A stretch of 64,000 nt of DNA from Holophagales bacterium (lineage in GTDB: Bacteria > Acidobacteriota > Thermoanaerobaculia > Multivoradales > UBA5704), in the NCBI GenBank assembly GCA_031404815.1, contig JANNIH010000013.1, forward strand, positions 45,196 through 109,195, written 5' to 3'. How positions within the stretch are numbered: position 1 is the first letter of the stretch; each line of letters opens with the position of its first letter. Under the pieces are notes generated by a model that was given only the letters and a program-made list of their open reading frames with translations, was not told where the DNA came from and did no database searches. Positions 18,801-27,358 of this stretch are shown one piece after another. The position numbers were made by a program, and so were the translations under genes.

Positions 18801-19099
18801 AGCACAGCCCGATCCGGCACGATCATGAAGCCTTCTTGGCGAAAGCAAGACTTCGCAAAGGTTTCAGCGAAGCCTATGAAGCTCTCGATCTCGAGTACCA
18901 GGTCGTCGGCCAGCTGCTCAAGGCACGCGAACGCGCAGGACTGACTCAAGACGCGGTCGCCGAGCGGATGGGCACCACAAAGAGCGCGATCTCGCGTCTG
19001 GAATCTGCCGGGAAGCATGCGCCGTCTCTCTCGACGCTCCGGCGTTATGCCCAAGCCGTAGGCTGCGACATTCAGGTCAAGCTGGTACCGCAGAAGTGA
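18788..19099 (+). CDS. higA: HigA-type HTH (XRE) antitoxin.
   Basis: HTH segment LTQDAVAERMGTTKSAISRLES. Overlaps the higB stop. RBS GAAGGAG. Confidence 0.75.
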   Translation: MADLKHSPIRHDHEAFLAKARLRKGFSEAYEALDLEYQVVGQLLKARERAGLTQDAVAERMGTTKSAISRLESAGKHAPSLSTLRRYAQAVGCDIQVKLVPQK

Positions 19100-19172
19100 C
19101 GCTGGGCTCGCCTCCGCGGTCAATGAGCCTCGAGTTCCTGCCACGGTAGACGGGAGCCACAACGGAGCGCCA

Positions 19173-19470
19173 ATGCCTCTCGATCTCCAAGCCACCGCCG
19201 ATCTCAACCGCGACGCCATCGTTCGTCGGCTGCGAGAGAGCTACCCCGAAATCAATGCGCGTTTCGGGGTCCGGCGGATGGGGCTGTTCGGATCGTTTGC
19301 GAGCGACACGGCGAACGAAACCAGCGACGTGGATCTGATCGTCAATTTCGAGCGGCCCATCGGCCTGGGGTTCGTCGAGCTGGTCGAGTACCTGGAGACT
19401 CTCGGACGTTTCGGCGATCTCGGCCGCTACGAGTGCCGAGCTGGTGCTCGGCGTTCCCGGGGGTACTTAC
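19173..19470 (+). CDS. Nucleotidyltransferase (MNT-type, antitoxin of HEPN/MNT modules). The 3' end is uncertain: the reading frame runs on abnormally to 19682, and no HEPN partner is present.
   Basis: GLFGSFASDTANETSDVDLIVNF is the GS...DxD NTase motif. After ...VEYLETLGR the sequence no longer resembles MNT proteins and overlaps convergent brnA. Confidence 0.55.
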
Positions 19471-19721
19471 GCGGCTTGGGTTTTCCGCTTGCGAGCGGGG
19501 CGAGCGGTCTCGGCGGCGACATCCACCAGCAGACGGAGAGCCCTGTTGACCGCTTCGGAAGTCGGGAATGCCTTCGCTACATCAGGGTCCAGGACGGCGA
19601 TGTTGCTGTCGGCCATAACGCGTTCGTAGTACTTTCCCCGCACCCCCTCCCCGAGGGTCGCGAGATCGTATTCCGGGCGTAGCTCGTCCTCGGCTCTCTT
19701 AGTTGTTTTCTTGGTAGCCAT
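19467..19721 (-). CDS. BrnA-like antitoxin (84 aa).
   Basis: EYDLATLGEGVRGKYYER...LDPDVAKAFPTSEAVNRALR is the conserved core of BrnA-family antitoxins. Lies immediately downstream of a brnT remnant. Confidence 0.5.
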   Translation of the reverse strand: MATKKTTKRAEDELRPEYDLATLGEGVRGKYYERVMADSNIAVLDPDVAKAFPTSEAVNRALRLLVDVAAETARPARKRKTQAA

Positions 19722-19866
19722 GGCTTTCTCGTCTCGTGGTCAGCCTCGCCGGATCGGCAAACGTCAGAGCCAAGGGATCAAGGAACAGGGTCGCCGGCTC
19801 AGGGAAGGACACCCCATGTTTGCGGAGGTTGCTCGCCGCCTTTCTCCGGTCCCATTCGAAGAACAC
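19699..19866 (-). pseudogene. BrnT (DUF497) toxin remnant. Only the N-terminal roughly 50 aa remain (VFFEWDRRKAASNLRKHGVSFPEPATLFLDPLALTFADP...).
   Basis: FEWD..K...N..KHGVSF.E....F.DP is the BrnT N-terminal signature. The ORF stops after 55 codons inside the brnA start region, whereas full-length BrnT is about 90-100 aa. Confidence 0.45.
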
Positions 19867-20188
19867 CTTGCTATTGTAGCCCCAGAGGCCTCATCTCGAC
19901 GCCCGCGAACGCCTTAGCCAAAGCCGGCCACTTCGAGTGCCGAGCTTGTGCTTAAGCGGGTCGAGGTTCACGAGAGCGAACAGGAGCGGCACCTGGTCCA
20001 CCCGGGCGAGGAACTCACCGCGCCGGGGATCCTGCGCAATCCCGTGCCCGTAAATGCGCTCTTCGACCGCGGCTTCGGCTGACGAGATCTTCTCCGACTA
20101 GTGAGCGTCGCCCCCGGGGCGGCAGGCCTTTCGCCTTCCCGAGCCCAGAAGGCACCCGCCCGACGCCGAATACTCCGAAACTTTCTCC

Positions 20189-20440
20189 GTCGGGCACGAG
20201 ACATTTAGCGTCGGGCCGAAGAGAATCGACGTCGGGGTCGAGGGAATCTACGCCGGGTAGATAAGAACCCACGTCGGGTAGATAAGAACCCACGCCGGGT
20301 AGATGAGAATCGCAGCCGGGGTCGTGCCCATCGTCGTTGGGGTCGAGGTATTCTTCGATGAGCGCACAAGAATCTCCAGAGGGCGCACGATAATCTGCGC
20401 CGGGTTCGGGCGAATCGGCGGTTCGGGCGAAAGAATCGAC
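20189..20440. repeat. Second 21-bp-periodic degenerate tandem array (12 units; consensus GYCGGG-N6-7-AGAATC-NAC).
   Basis: Consecutive 21-nt units are gtcgggccgaagagaatcgac, gtcggggtcgagggaatctac, gccgggtagataagaacccac, gtcgggtagataagaacccac, gccgggtagatgagaatcgca, and so on. Lies 3' of the E2 gene. Confidence 0.55.
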
Positions 20441-20512
20441 GAAGCGCGTTCGAGTGCCCGCGGCCCGGCGTCGCCCCCGGGCCTTGGGAACCTGCCGGAA
20501 AGGGACGTTCGA

Positions 20513-21910
20513 TCAGAGGTACGGTTCGAGCTCGCCCCAGGTGTCTTCTTCGATCGTGCGCTTGATTTCCAGCATGAAACGGTCGGCGTCGGCTCCGTCG
20601 ACCAGGCGGTGGTCGTAGGTGATCGCGAGGTAGCACATGGTCTTGATCGCGATGTTGTCGTTGCCGTCTTGGTCGGTGATCACGATCGGGCGCTTTTCGA
20701 TCGCTCCGACGCCGAGGATGGCGACTTGGGGCTGGTTGATCACCGGGGTGCCGAACAGGCTGCCGAAGACTCCTGGGTTGGTGATCGTGAAGGTGCCGCC
20801 CGAGGCTTCTTCGGGCTTGAGCTTCTTGGTGCGGGCGCGGTCGGCGAGGTCGTTCGCACTCTTGGCGAGACCGACAAGCGAGAGCTGATCGGCTTTCTTG
20901 ATGACGGGCACGATCAGGCCGTGGCCGAGATCGACCGCCATGCCGAGGTTGATGTCCTTCTTGTAGACGATGTTCGTGCCGTCGATCGAGGCGTTCACCT
21001 GCTTGTAGGCCTTCAAACCGTTGACCACCGCCTTGAAGATGAACGGCATGAAGGTGAGCTTGGTCGCTTCCTTCTTGAAAAAGCCGTCCTTGGCGCGGGC
21101 ACGGAGCTTCGCGATCTTCGAGAAATCGACGTGGAACACCGTTGTCACGTGCGCCGAGGTCGCCTTCGAGTAGACCATGTGCGCCGCCGTGATCTGGCGA
21201 ATCTTGGACATCGGCTCGATCTCGACGTTGTCGTTCGGGCCATAGGCCGCGACGGAAAAGCCGCCGGTCGGACGCTGCGCGGGCGCGGTGGCTTGAGCCG
21301 GCGGAACCGGAGCCGCCGCGGCAGGTGCGGCCATCGGAGCCGCCGGAGCAGCCGGAACGGTAGGCGCCGCGGCGCCCGACTTCTTCGCTTCGACCACCGA
21401 CAGAATGTCGTCCTTGGTCACCCGGCCATGGGCGCCGCTGCCGGAGAGGGTTGAAATGTCGATCCCCTCCTGCGCCGCGATGTTGCGGACCAGCGGGCTC
21501 GAGAAGTTCCGCAGGCGATCCTCTTCGGTCGCGGGCGCACCTGCGCTCGGTGGGGTTGCAGCAACGGCGGCTACGGGGGCCGCTTCCGGCGCGACAGCCG
21601 CCGCAGGAACCGGTGTTGGTTCGGCGGCGGGAGCCGGAGCCGCTACAGGAGCAGCCGCGGCAGCCGGAGCGTCTGCGCCGCCGATCATCGCGACCACTTT
21701 ATTGACGGCGACGGTCTCACCCTCTTGATTCAGGATCTCGGTGAGCACGCCCGCGGCCGGACTCGGAATCTCCGCGTCGACCTTGTCGGTCGAAATTTCG
21801 AACAGCGGCTGGTCGCGTTCGACCTTGTCTCCCACCTTCACCAGCCACTTGGTGATCGTTCCCTCGGCGATCGACTCGCCCATCTGGGGCATCACGACTT
21901 CGGTTGCCAT
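20513..21910 (-). CDS. Dihydrolipoamide acyltransferase (E2) of a 2-oxoacid dehydrogenase complex.
   Basis: Lipoyl domain with ...EISTDKVDAEIPSP. Ala/Pro linker. Catalytic domain with DHRLVDGA. Confidence 0.9.
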   Translation of the reverse strand: MATEVVMPQMGESIAEGTITKWLVKVGDKVERDQPLFEISTDKVDAEIPSPAAGVLTEILNQEGETVAVNKVVAMIGGADAPAAAAAPVAAPAPAAEPTPVPAAAVAPEAAPVAAVAATPPSAGAPATEEDRLRNFSSPLVRNIAAQEGIDISTLSGSGAHGRVTKDDILSVVEAKKSGAAAPTVPAAPAAPMAAPAAAAPVPPAQATAPAQRPTGGFSVAAYGPNDNVEIEPMSKIRQITAAHMVYSKATSAHVTTVFHVDFSKIAKLRARAKDGFFKKEATKLTFMPFIFKAVVNGLKAYKQVNASIDGTNIVYKKDINLGMAVDLGHGLIVPVIKKADQLSLVGLAKSANDLADRARTKKLKPEEASGGTFTITNPGVFGSLFGTPVINQPQVAILGVGAIEKRPIVITDQDGNDNIAIKTMCYLAITYDHRLVDGADADRFMLEIKRTIEEDTWGELEPYL

Positions 21911-21965
21911 ATCCTTCTCCGTGTTATCTCGGCTCGATCTCGATCCAGGGTCGGCTCGGATGAAG

Positions 21966-22961
21966 CTAGTAGCGGAGCAGGTCGCGGACCTTCGCGACCA
22001 GCTTCTCGGCGTTGGGCAGGTAAAACTCTTCCATCGTTGGGCTGAACGGCACGGGGGTATCCGGGCAGCAGAAACGGGTCACCGGCGCGTCGAGGAAGCC
22101 GAAGGCCAGCTCGCCGATCCGTGCCGCCACCTCCCCCGCGACCGAACCGGTCGTCTGTTCCTCGGTCAAAACCAGCACCCGACTCGTCTTCTTGGCGGTC
22201 GCAAGGATCGCTTCCTGGTCGAGCGGCTTGATCGTGCGGAGGTCCAGAACCTCGATCTCGATGCCCTCGGCCTCGAGGAGTGCGGCGGCATCCAGAGCCA
22301 CATGGAGCATAGCACCGTAGGTGATGATCGACAGGTCACGGCCGGTGCGCGCCAGACGCGCCTTGCCGATCGGCACGATCCAGTCTCCCTCCGGCACCTC
22401 TTCCTTGATCCGCCGATAAAGGTACTTGTGCTCGAAGAAGAGCACCGGGTTCGGATCGCGGATCGCCGCACGGATCAGCCCCTTGGCATCGATCGCGCTC
22501 GATGGGGCGACGATCTTCAAGCCCGGCGTGTGCTGAAAGTAGCTCTCCGGGTTCTGGCTGTGAAACGCCGAACCGTGGATGTTGCCGCCCGACGGGCCGC
22601 GGATCACAATCGGCACGCTCTGGCCCCAGCGGTAGCGGCAGGTCGCGGCGAAGTTGATGATCTGGTTGTAGGCGCACGAGATGAAATCGATGAACTGCAT
22701 CTCGACGATCGGCCGGAGCCCCATCATCGAGGCGCCGATCGCCGCCCCCACCATGCCCGATTCCGAAATCGGCGTATCGATCACTCGCGACGGGCCGAAA
22801 TGGTCGAGGAAACCGGCCGTGACGCGGAACGCGCCGCCGTAGGTGCCGACATCCTGGCCGAGCAGGAAGACCCGCTCGTCCTTCTCCATCTCGTCCCACA
22901 TCCCCTGGCGGATCGCTTCGAGGTAGGTCTGGGTTGTCGTCGCTCGGGTTGGCGAGTTCAT
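21966..22961 (-). CDS. pdhB: 2-oxoacid (pyruvate/branched-chain) dehydrogenase E1 beta subunit.
   Basis: Transketolase-like beta subunit, 331 aa. Overlaps the E1 alpha stop. Confidence 0.9.
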   Translation of the reverse strand: MNSPTRATTTQTYLEAIRQGMWDEMEKDERVFLLGQDVGTYGGAFRVTAGFLDHFGPSRVIDTPISESGMVGAAIGASMMGLRPIVEMQFIDFISCAYNQIINFAATCRYRWGQSVPIVIRGPSGGNIHGSAFHSQNPESYFQHTPGLKIVAPSSAIDAKGLIRAAIRDPNPVLFFEHKYLYRRIKEEVPEGDWIVPIGKARLARTGRDLSIITYGAMLHVALDAAALLEAEGIEIEVLDLRTIKPLDQEAILATAKKTSRVLVLTEEQTTGSVAGEVAARIGELAFGFLDAPVTRFCCPDTPVPFSPTMEEFYLPNAEKLVAKVRDLLRY

Positions 22962-24073
22962 CGGGCACCTCCCCCAGTCTGCTCCCTCTGACCATTGACC
23001 GGTGGAACATCAGGCAAGATCGTTCCCAGCCCCGCGGCCGGATCCGGCTCGTAGACCCCTTCGAGCGCCCGCTCCGGCGGCGGCATCGGCGAGGCGAGCG
23101 CGAAATCGACTTCCGTATCGAGGCCGCGGTCGATCTCGGCGACGATATTCTGGAGATCCTCTCGGGTGGCGAGGCCGAACCCCAGCAGATGGCGCTCGAA
23201 GCGATCGATCGGGTCTTTCTTCCGCCACTGCTCGAACAGCTCAGGGGGCACGTAGCCGGCGTCATCGTGCTCGGCGTGCCCCTTCATGCGGAAGGTCTTC
23301 GCCTCGATCAGCGTCGGCCCACCGCCCCCGCGCGCGCGCTCGACCGCCTTCTTCGTCACCTCGTAGACCGCGAGGATGTCGTTGCCATCGACCATCTCGC
23401 CCGGTATGCCGTAGGCGGCGGCGCGCGCCACGATGTGCTTGATCTTCATCTGCCGCGCGGTCGGGGTCGAATAGGCGTAGCCGTTGTGCTCGGCGATCAG
23501 GACGAACGGCACGTCGAGCACCGCCGCGAGGTTCAACCCCTCGTGGAAGTCTCCCGTCGAGGTGCCGCCGTCGCCGATGTAAGTGAGGGCGACCAGTGGG
23601 CGCCCTTGCAGCTTCGCCGCGAGAGCCACCCCCGCCATCACCGGGATCACCGAGCCGAGCATCGAGATCGGGGCGACGATGCCGCGCGCCAGATCGCCGA
23701 AGTGGGTGTTGCCGTCCTTGCCGCCGGTGGGCGAGAGCCCGCGCGCCATGTACTGCATCATCACTTCGCGCGGTTGGACGCCGCGGACCAGCATCGAGCC
23801 CAGATTGCGGATCAGCGGCCCGATGAAATCCCCCGCTTCAAGAGCGTAGGCGGAACCGACCGCGGTCGCCTCCTGCCCCAGGCTGGTGTAGAGCCCACCC
23901 ACCACCTTGTTCTGGCGGTAGAGGTTACCGAGCCGCCCTTCGACCATCCGGGTCAAGCGGAGCAGCCGGTAGAGGTCGAGCTGGCGCTCGCGCGAGAGTT
24001 TCGTCTCCGCCAGGCGCTCGACCTCCGGAGCTTGCGGGTGGAGCGATCCGAACGATTTTCCAGTTGTGGACAT
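22958..24073 (-). CDS. pdhA: 2-oxoacid dehydrogenase E1 alpha subunit (TPP-dependent).
   Basis: TPP-binding GDGG...N motif region. The ATG at 24073 has RBS AAGGAG, whereas the ORF track starts at an upstream TTG. Confidence 0.9.
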   Translation of the reverse strand: MSTTGKSFGSLHPQAPEVERLAETKLSRERQLDLYRLLRLTRMVEGRLGNLYRQNKVVGGLYTSLGQEATAVGSAYALEAGDFIGPLIRNLGSMLVRGVQPREVMMQYMARGLSPTGGKDGNTHFGDLARGIVAPISMLGSVIPVMAGVALAAKLQGRPLVALTYIGDGGTSTGDFHEGLNLAAVLDVPFVLIAEHNGYAYSTPTARQMKIKHIVARAAAYGIPGEMVDGNDILAVYEVTKKAVERARGGGGPTLIEAKTFRMKGHAEHDDAGYVPPELFEQWRKKDPIDRFERHLLGFGLATREDLQNIVAEIDRGLDTEVDFALASPMPPPERALEGVYEPDPAAGLGTILPDVPPVNGQREQTGGGAR

Positions 24074-24091
24074 CGGCAAGCTCCTTCCGCC

Positions 24092-25495
24092 TTAAAAGTG
24101 GATCGCCTGGCCGTGGGCGGCGTGGGCCGCTTCCATCACCGCTTCCGACATCGTCGGGTGGGCGTGCATGGTGCGGAACAGCTCCTCGTCCGTCCCCTCC
24201 ATCTGGAGCGCCACGCACGCTTCGGCGATCAAGTCGGTCGCGTGGGCGCCGAGGATGTGGACGCCCAAGATCTCGTCGTACTTCTTGTCGCGAACCACTT
24301 TCACAAACCCTTCCGGCCGGCCGAGGATCGCCGCCTTGGCGAGCGCCGAGAGCGGGAACTTACCCACCGCGACATCGTAGCCGCGCTCCTTCGCCTTCGC
24401 TTCGGTGAGGCCCACACTCGCCACTTCCGGATCGCAATAGGTGCAGGAGGGGACCCGGTCGTAATTGATCGGCCGGACCGCGTGCCCCGCCATGTGCTCG
24501 GCGGCCAAGATGCCCTCCGCCGAGGCGACGTGCGCCAGCCACGGCGTGTTCACCACGTCGCCGATCGCATAGATGTGCGGCACGGTGGTCTGCATGAATT
24601 CGTTGATTTTGACGTAGCCACGCTCGATCTCGACCCCCAGCGCCTCGAACCCGAGATTCTCGGTCACCGGTTTGCGGCCGACCGCGACGAGCAGCATCTC
24701 GGCTTCGATCTGGTCCTTTTTGCCCCCTTCGAGGCGGAGCCGCACGCCCGTCTCGGTCTTCTCGCACGAGAGCATCTTGGTGCCGGTCATGATCTCGATC
24801 CCGCGCTTGCGAAGGATCTTTTCGAGGTCGGCCGAGACCTCTTCATCTTCGATCGGCAGGACGCGCGGCAACATCTCGATCAGAGTTACCTTGGTACCGA
24901 ACGAGGTGTAGATCGAAGCGAACTCGGTCCCCACCGCGCCCGCGCCGAGGACGATCAAACTCTGCGGCACCTTTTGCAGCTCCAAGATGTGGTCGGAGTT
25001 GAGCACCCGCTCGCCGTCGGCCGGGGCGATGGGGATATCGCGCGGCACCGAGCCGGTCCCGATCAGGATGTTCTTCGCCTCGTAGACCACGGTGCCATTG
25101 GCACCGGCCACCTCCACCTGGTTCGGACCGACCATGCGACCGAAGCCTTGGATGCCGGTCACCTTGTTCTTCTTGAACAGGAACTCGATACCGCGGGCGT
25201 TCTTGTCCACCACTTTGCGCTTGCGCTCTTGAGCGCGGCCGATGTCGAGTTTCGGTTCGCCGACGTCGATGCCGATCGCCCCCGCCTCCCGGATCTCGTC
25301 GAGTACTGACGCGGTATGGAGGAGCGCCTTGGTCGGGATGCAGCCGCGGTGCAGGCAGGTACCACCGAACTTCGGGTCCTTCTCGATCACCGCGACTCTG
25401 AGGCCCAACTGACCGGCGCGGATGCCGGCGACATAGCCGCCGGGGCCGCTGCCGAGGATGATCAGGTCGAAACTGTCTTGGGATTCGTGCGCCAT
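24092..25495 (-). CDS. lpdA: Dihydrolipoyl dehydrogenase (E3).
   Basis: GSGPGGYVAGIRAGQLG FAD-binding fold and the redox-active disulfide GTCLHRGCIPTK. Confidence 0.9.
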   Translation of the reverse strand: MAHESQDSFDLIILGSGPGGYVAGIRAGQLGLRVAVIEKDPKFGGTCLHRGCIPTKALLHTASVLDEIREAGAIGIDVGEPKLDIGRAQERKRKVVDKNARGIEFLFKKNKVTGIQGFGRMVGPNQVEVAGANGTVVYEAKNILIGTGSVPRDIPIAPADGERVLNSDHILELQKVPQSLIVLGAGAVGTEFASIYTSFGTKVTLIEMLPRVLPIEDEEVSADLEKILRKRGIEIMTGTKMLSCEKTETGVRLRLEGGKKDQIEAEMLLVAVGRKPVTENLGFEALGVEIERGYVKINEFMQTTVPHIYAIGDVVNTPWLAHVASAEGILAAEHMAGHAVRPINYDRVPSCTYCDPEVASVGLTEAKAKERGYDVAVGKFPLSALAKAAILGRPEGFVKVVRDKKYDEILGVHILGAHATDLIAEACVALQMEGTDEELFRTMHAHPTMSEAVMEAAHAAHGQAIHF

Positions 25496-25556
25496 GGGGT
25501 CTCCAGGGGTATCAGGAATGTCGAAATCGGGAATCTGGAATCGGAATGGCCGGCGG

Positions 25557-26408
25557 TTACGGCGCCGTCACCGGCTCGGCGCGGAAGCGCCCGGGACGGT
25601 CGGAGACCAGCCGCGCGAGCGGAGTTTCGGCGTCGTGCTCGAAGATGCAGAGCCAATGTTCTTCCGCGGCGCGCGGCAGCCATTTCTTCTTGTTCTCAAG
25701 GGTCGTCAGAGGATAGAGGTCGTAGCCCATGATCCAGGGGAGCGGCACGTGGGCGACGGTCGGGACCAGGTCGGCCCAGAAGACTCCGCACTGGCTCTCC
25801 CCTCCATCCAAGAGAACGATGCACATGTCCGCGTTATGCCCCGGGGTGCGCACCGCGCGGACGCCCGGCATCGGCACCGCTTCGTCGTCGAACAGCTCGA
25901 CGACTCCAGCTTCGAACAGCGGCTCCCAGTTGTCGGGAAAGTAGCTCGCCCGGTCGCGCTCGCTGGGGTTGCGGGCGTGCTCCACTTCTCCCCGGTTCAG
26001 CCAGTAGCGGGCGTTCGGGAAGGTCGGAACCACCCGCCCCTCGGGATTGCGGCGGGTGTTCCAGCCGGAATGGTCGAAATGGAGGTGCGAAAGGAGGACG
26101 TGGGTGACGTCGGTGAGATCGAATCCGGCCCTCCGGATCGATTCGGGCAGGCGGACGGCGTGGGGGTCCATGCCATAAATCTCGCCGAACTTCTCGTTGT
26201 GTTTGTCGCCGATGCCGGTGTCGATCAGGAGGAGGTCGCTCCCCCTCCGGACCAGCAGGCAGTTGGTCGCCATGCGGATCCGGTTGTCCTCGTCCGGCAC
26301 TTTGGCTTCGGCCCAGAGCGTCTTCGGCACCACCCCGAACATGGCTCCGCCGTCGAGGCGGCACTCTCCATCACCGACCAGGGTCAGCTCGAGGTCTCCA
26401 AGGCGCAT
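25557..26408 (-). CDS. MBL-fold metallo-hydrolase (283 aa from MRLGDLELTLVG...).
   Basis: HLHFDHSGW (HxHxDH) metallo-beta-lactamase motif. Confidence 0.7.
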   Translation of the reverse strand: MRLGDLELTLVGDGECRLDGGAMFGVVPKTLWAEAKVPDEDNRIRMATNCLLVRRGSDLLLIDTGIGDKHNEKFGEIYGMDPHAVRLPESIRRAGFDLTDVTHVLLSHLHFDHSGWNTRRNPEGRVVPTFPNARYWLNRGEVEHARNPSERDRASYFPDNWEPLFEAGVVELFDDEAVPMPGVRAVRTPGHNADMCIVLLDGGESQCGVFWADLVPTVAHVPLPWIMGYDLYPLTTLENKKKWLPRAAEEHWLCIFEHDAETPLARLVSDRPGRFRAEPVTAP

Positions 26409-26496
26409 CACGGGAGCGAATTTATAGCATAGAGCTTCGCTGCACCCAGGCCACGAGACCGGGCGCCGGAGGAGTGTCCGGCGCCCTCGCTTCAAC

Positions 26497-26682
26497 TTAG
26501 CGGCAGATGCAGACCGAAATCGGACCGCAGGAGTCGGTGCACTGGGCGGAGGTGGTACATACGGTAGGGTTGACGGTGCAGTTCGAGGTCGCTCCACCCG
26601 CAACCTCGAGCATGTCGAAGTTGTTCAGACGGCGCACGGTCTCTGCACTCAGGGCCAGTTTCTTGTCGCGCTTCGATTTCAT
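26497..26682 (-). CDS. GG-leader, Cys/Thr/Ser-rich RiPP-like precursor peptide (61 aa).
   Basis: MKSKRDKKLALSAETVRRLNNFDMLEVAGG | ATSNCTVNPTVCTTSAQCTDSCGPISVCICR. RBS AGGGGA. Same leader architecture as 15610-15783. Confidence 0.5.
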   Translation of the reverse strand: MKSKRDKKLALSAETVRRLNNFDMLEVAGGATSNCTVNPTVCTTSAQCTDSCGPISVCICR

Positions 26683-26816
26683 GGGCGGTCCCCTATTCGT
26701 TCGGAGGGCGAAGGATTTCGCCTTCTCGAAGAGATAGGCGTCATCTGGGGTGAAACCGAATCACGCGCCGTCCGCGGCGGCTCAGAACAGATTAGAATCT
26801 CTCCCGGGAGGTCCCC

Positions 26817-27032
26817 ATGGCGCTCCAGTTCGATGTCATCGTCGAAAAAGATTCCGACGGCTATTTCGTGGCTTCGGTCCCGGTCTTGCCGGGCTGTCAC
26901 ACCCAGGCGAGGTCCCTCGACGAGCTGATGGCGCGAATCCGAGAGGCTATCGAGCTTTGCCTCGAGGTCGAGGGAGCGCCGGGCGAGTCTCTGGACTTTG
27001 TTGGAGTCCAGCGGATCACGGTCGCCGCATGA
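26817..27032 (+). CDS. hicB: HicB-family antitoxin.
   Basis: UPF0150/HicB N-terminal fold (FDVIVEKDSDGYFVASVPVLPGCHTQARSLDE...). The ATGA overlap places the hicA start on its stop. Confidence 0.75.
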   Translation: MALQFDVIVEKDSDGYFVASVPVLPGCHTQARSLDELMARIREAIELCLEVEGAPGESLDFVGVQRITVAA

Positions 27033-27253
27033 CGACCTGGCCGAGCCTTTCGGGTAAGCAAGTGCTCGCCGCTCTCTCCCGAGTAGGTTTCGAGACCCTC
27101 CGCGTCAAAGGCAGTCACCACTTCCTGCGCCACCCCGACGGCCGATCCACGGTCGTCCCGGTTCACTCCAACGAAGCGATCGGACGTGGTCTCCTCGCCA
27201 AGATCCTGCGCGACTGCGACCTGAGCCGCGAGCGGTTTCGAGAGCCGCTCTGA
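27029..27253 (+). CDS. hicA: HicA-family mRNA interferase toxin.
   Basis: LSGKQVLAALSRVGFETLRVKGSHHFLRHPDGRSTVVPVH is the HicA (YcfA) signature. Confidence 0.75.
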   Translation: MTTWPSLSGKQVLAALSRVGFETLRVKGSHHFLRHPDGRSTVVPVHSNEAIGRGLLAKILRDCDLSRERFREPL

Positions 27254-27358
27254 GCGCGGCCCGCAAACGCCAATCCGATCGATTTGCCGGCTGAGCCGGC
27301 GGTTCGCCCTATACCGCCCGCCGGTCACGATCAGCCCACGCGCTTTTTGCCGACCATG

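Noticed and set aside
19173-19682. Taking the full 169-aa ORF as the nucleotidyltransferase.
   Set aside because: Only the first about 80-100 residues resemble MNT proteins. The remainder is low-complexity and overlaps the convergent brnA gene. The 3' end was truncated to an approximate position.
22934-25309. 791-aa plus-strand ORF spanning pdhA and lpdA on the opposite strand.
   Set aside because: It is antisense to two highly conserved enzymes. It is a spurious long frame in high-GC DNA.
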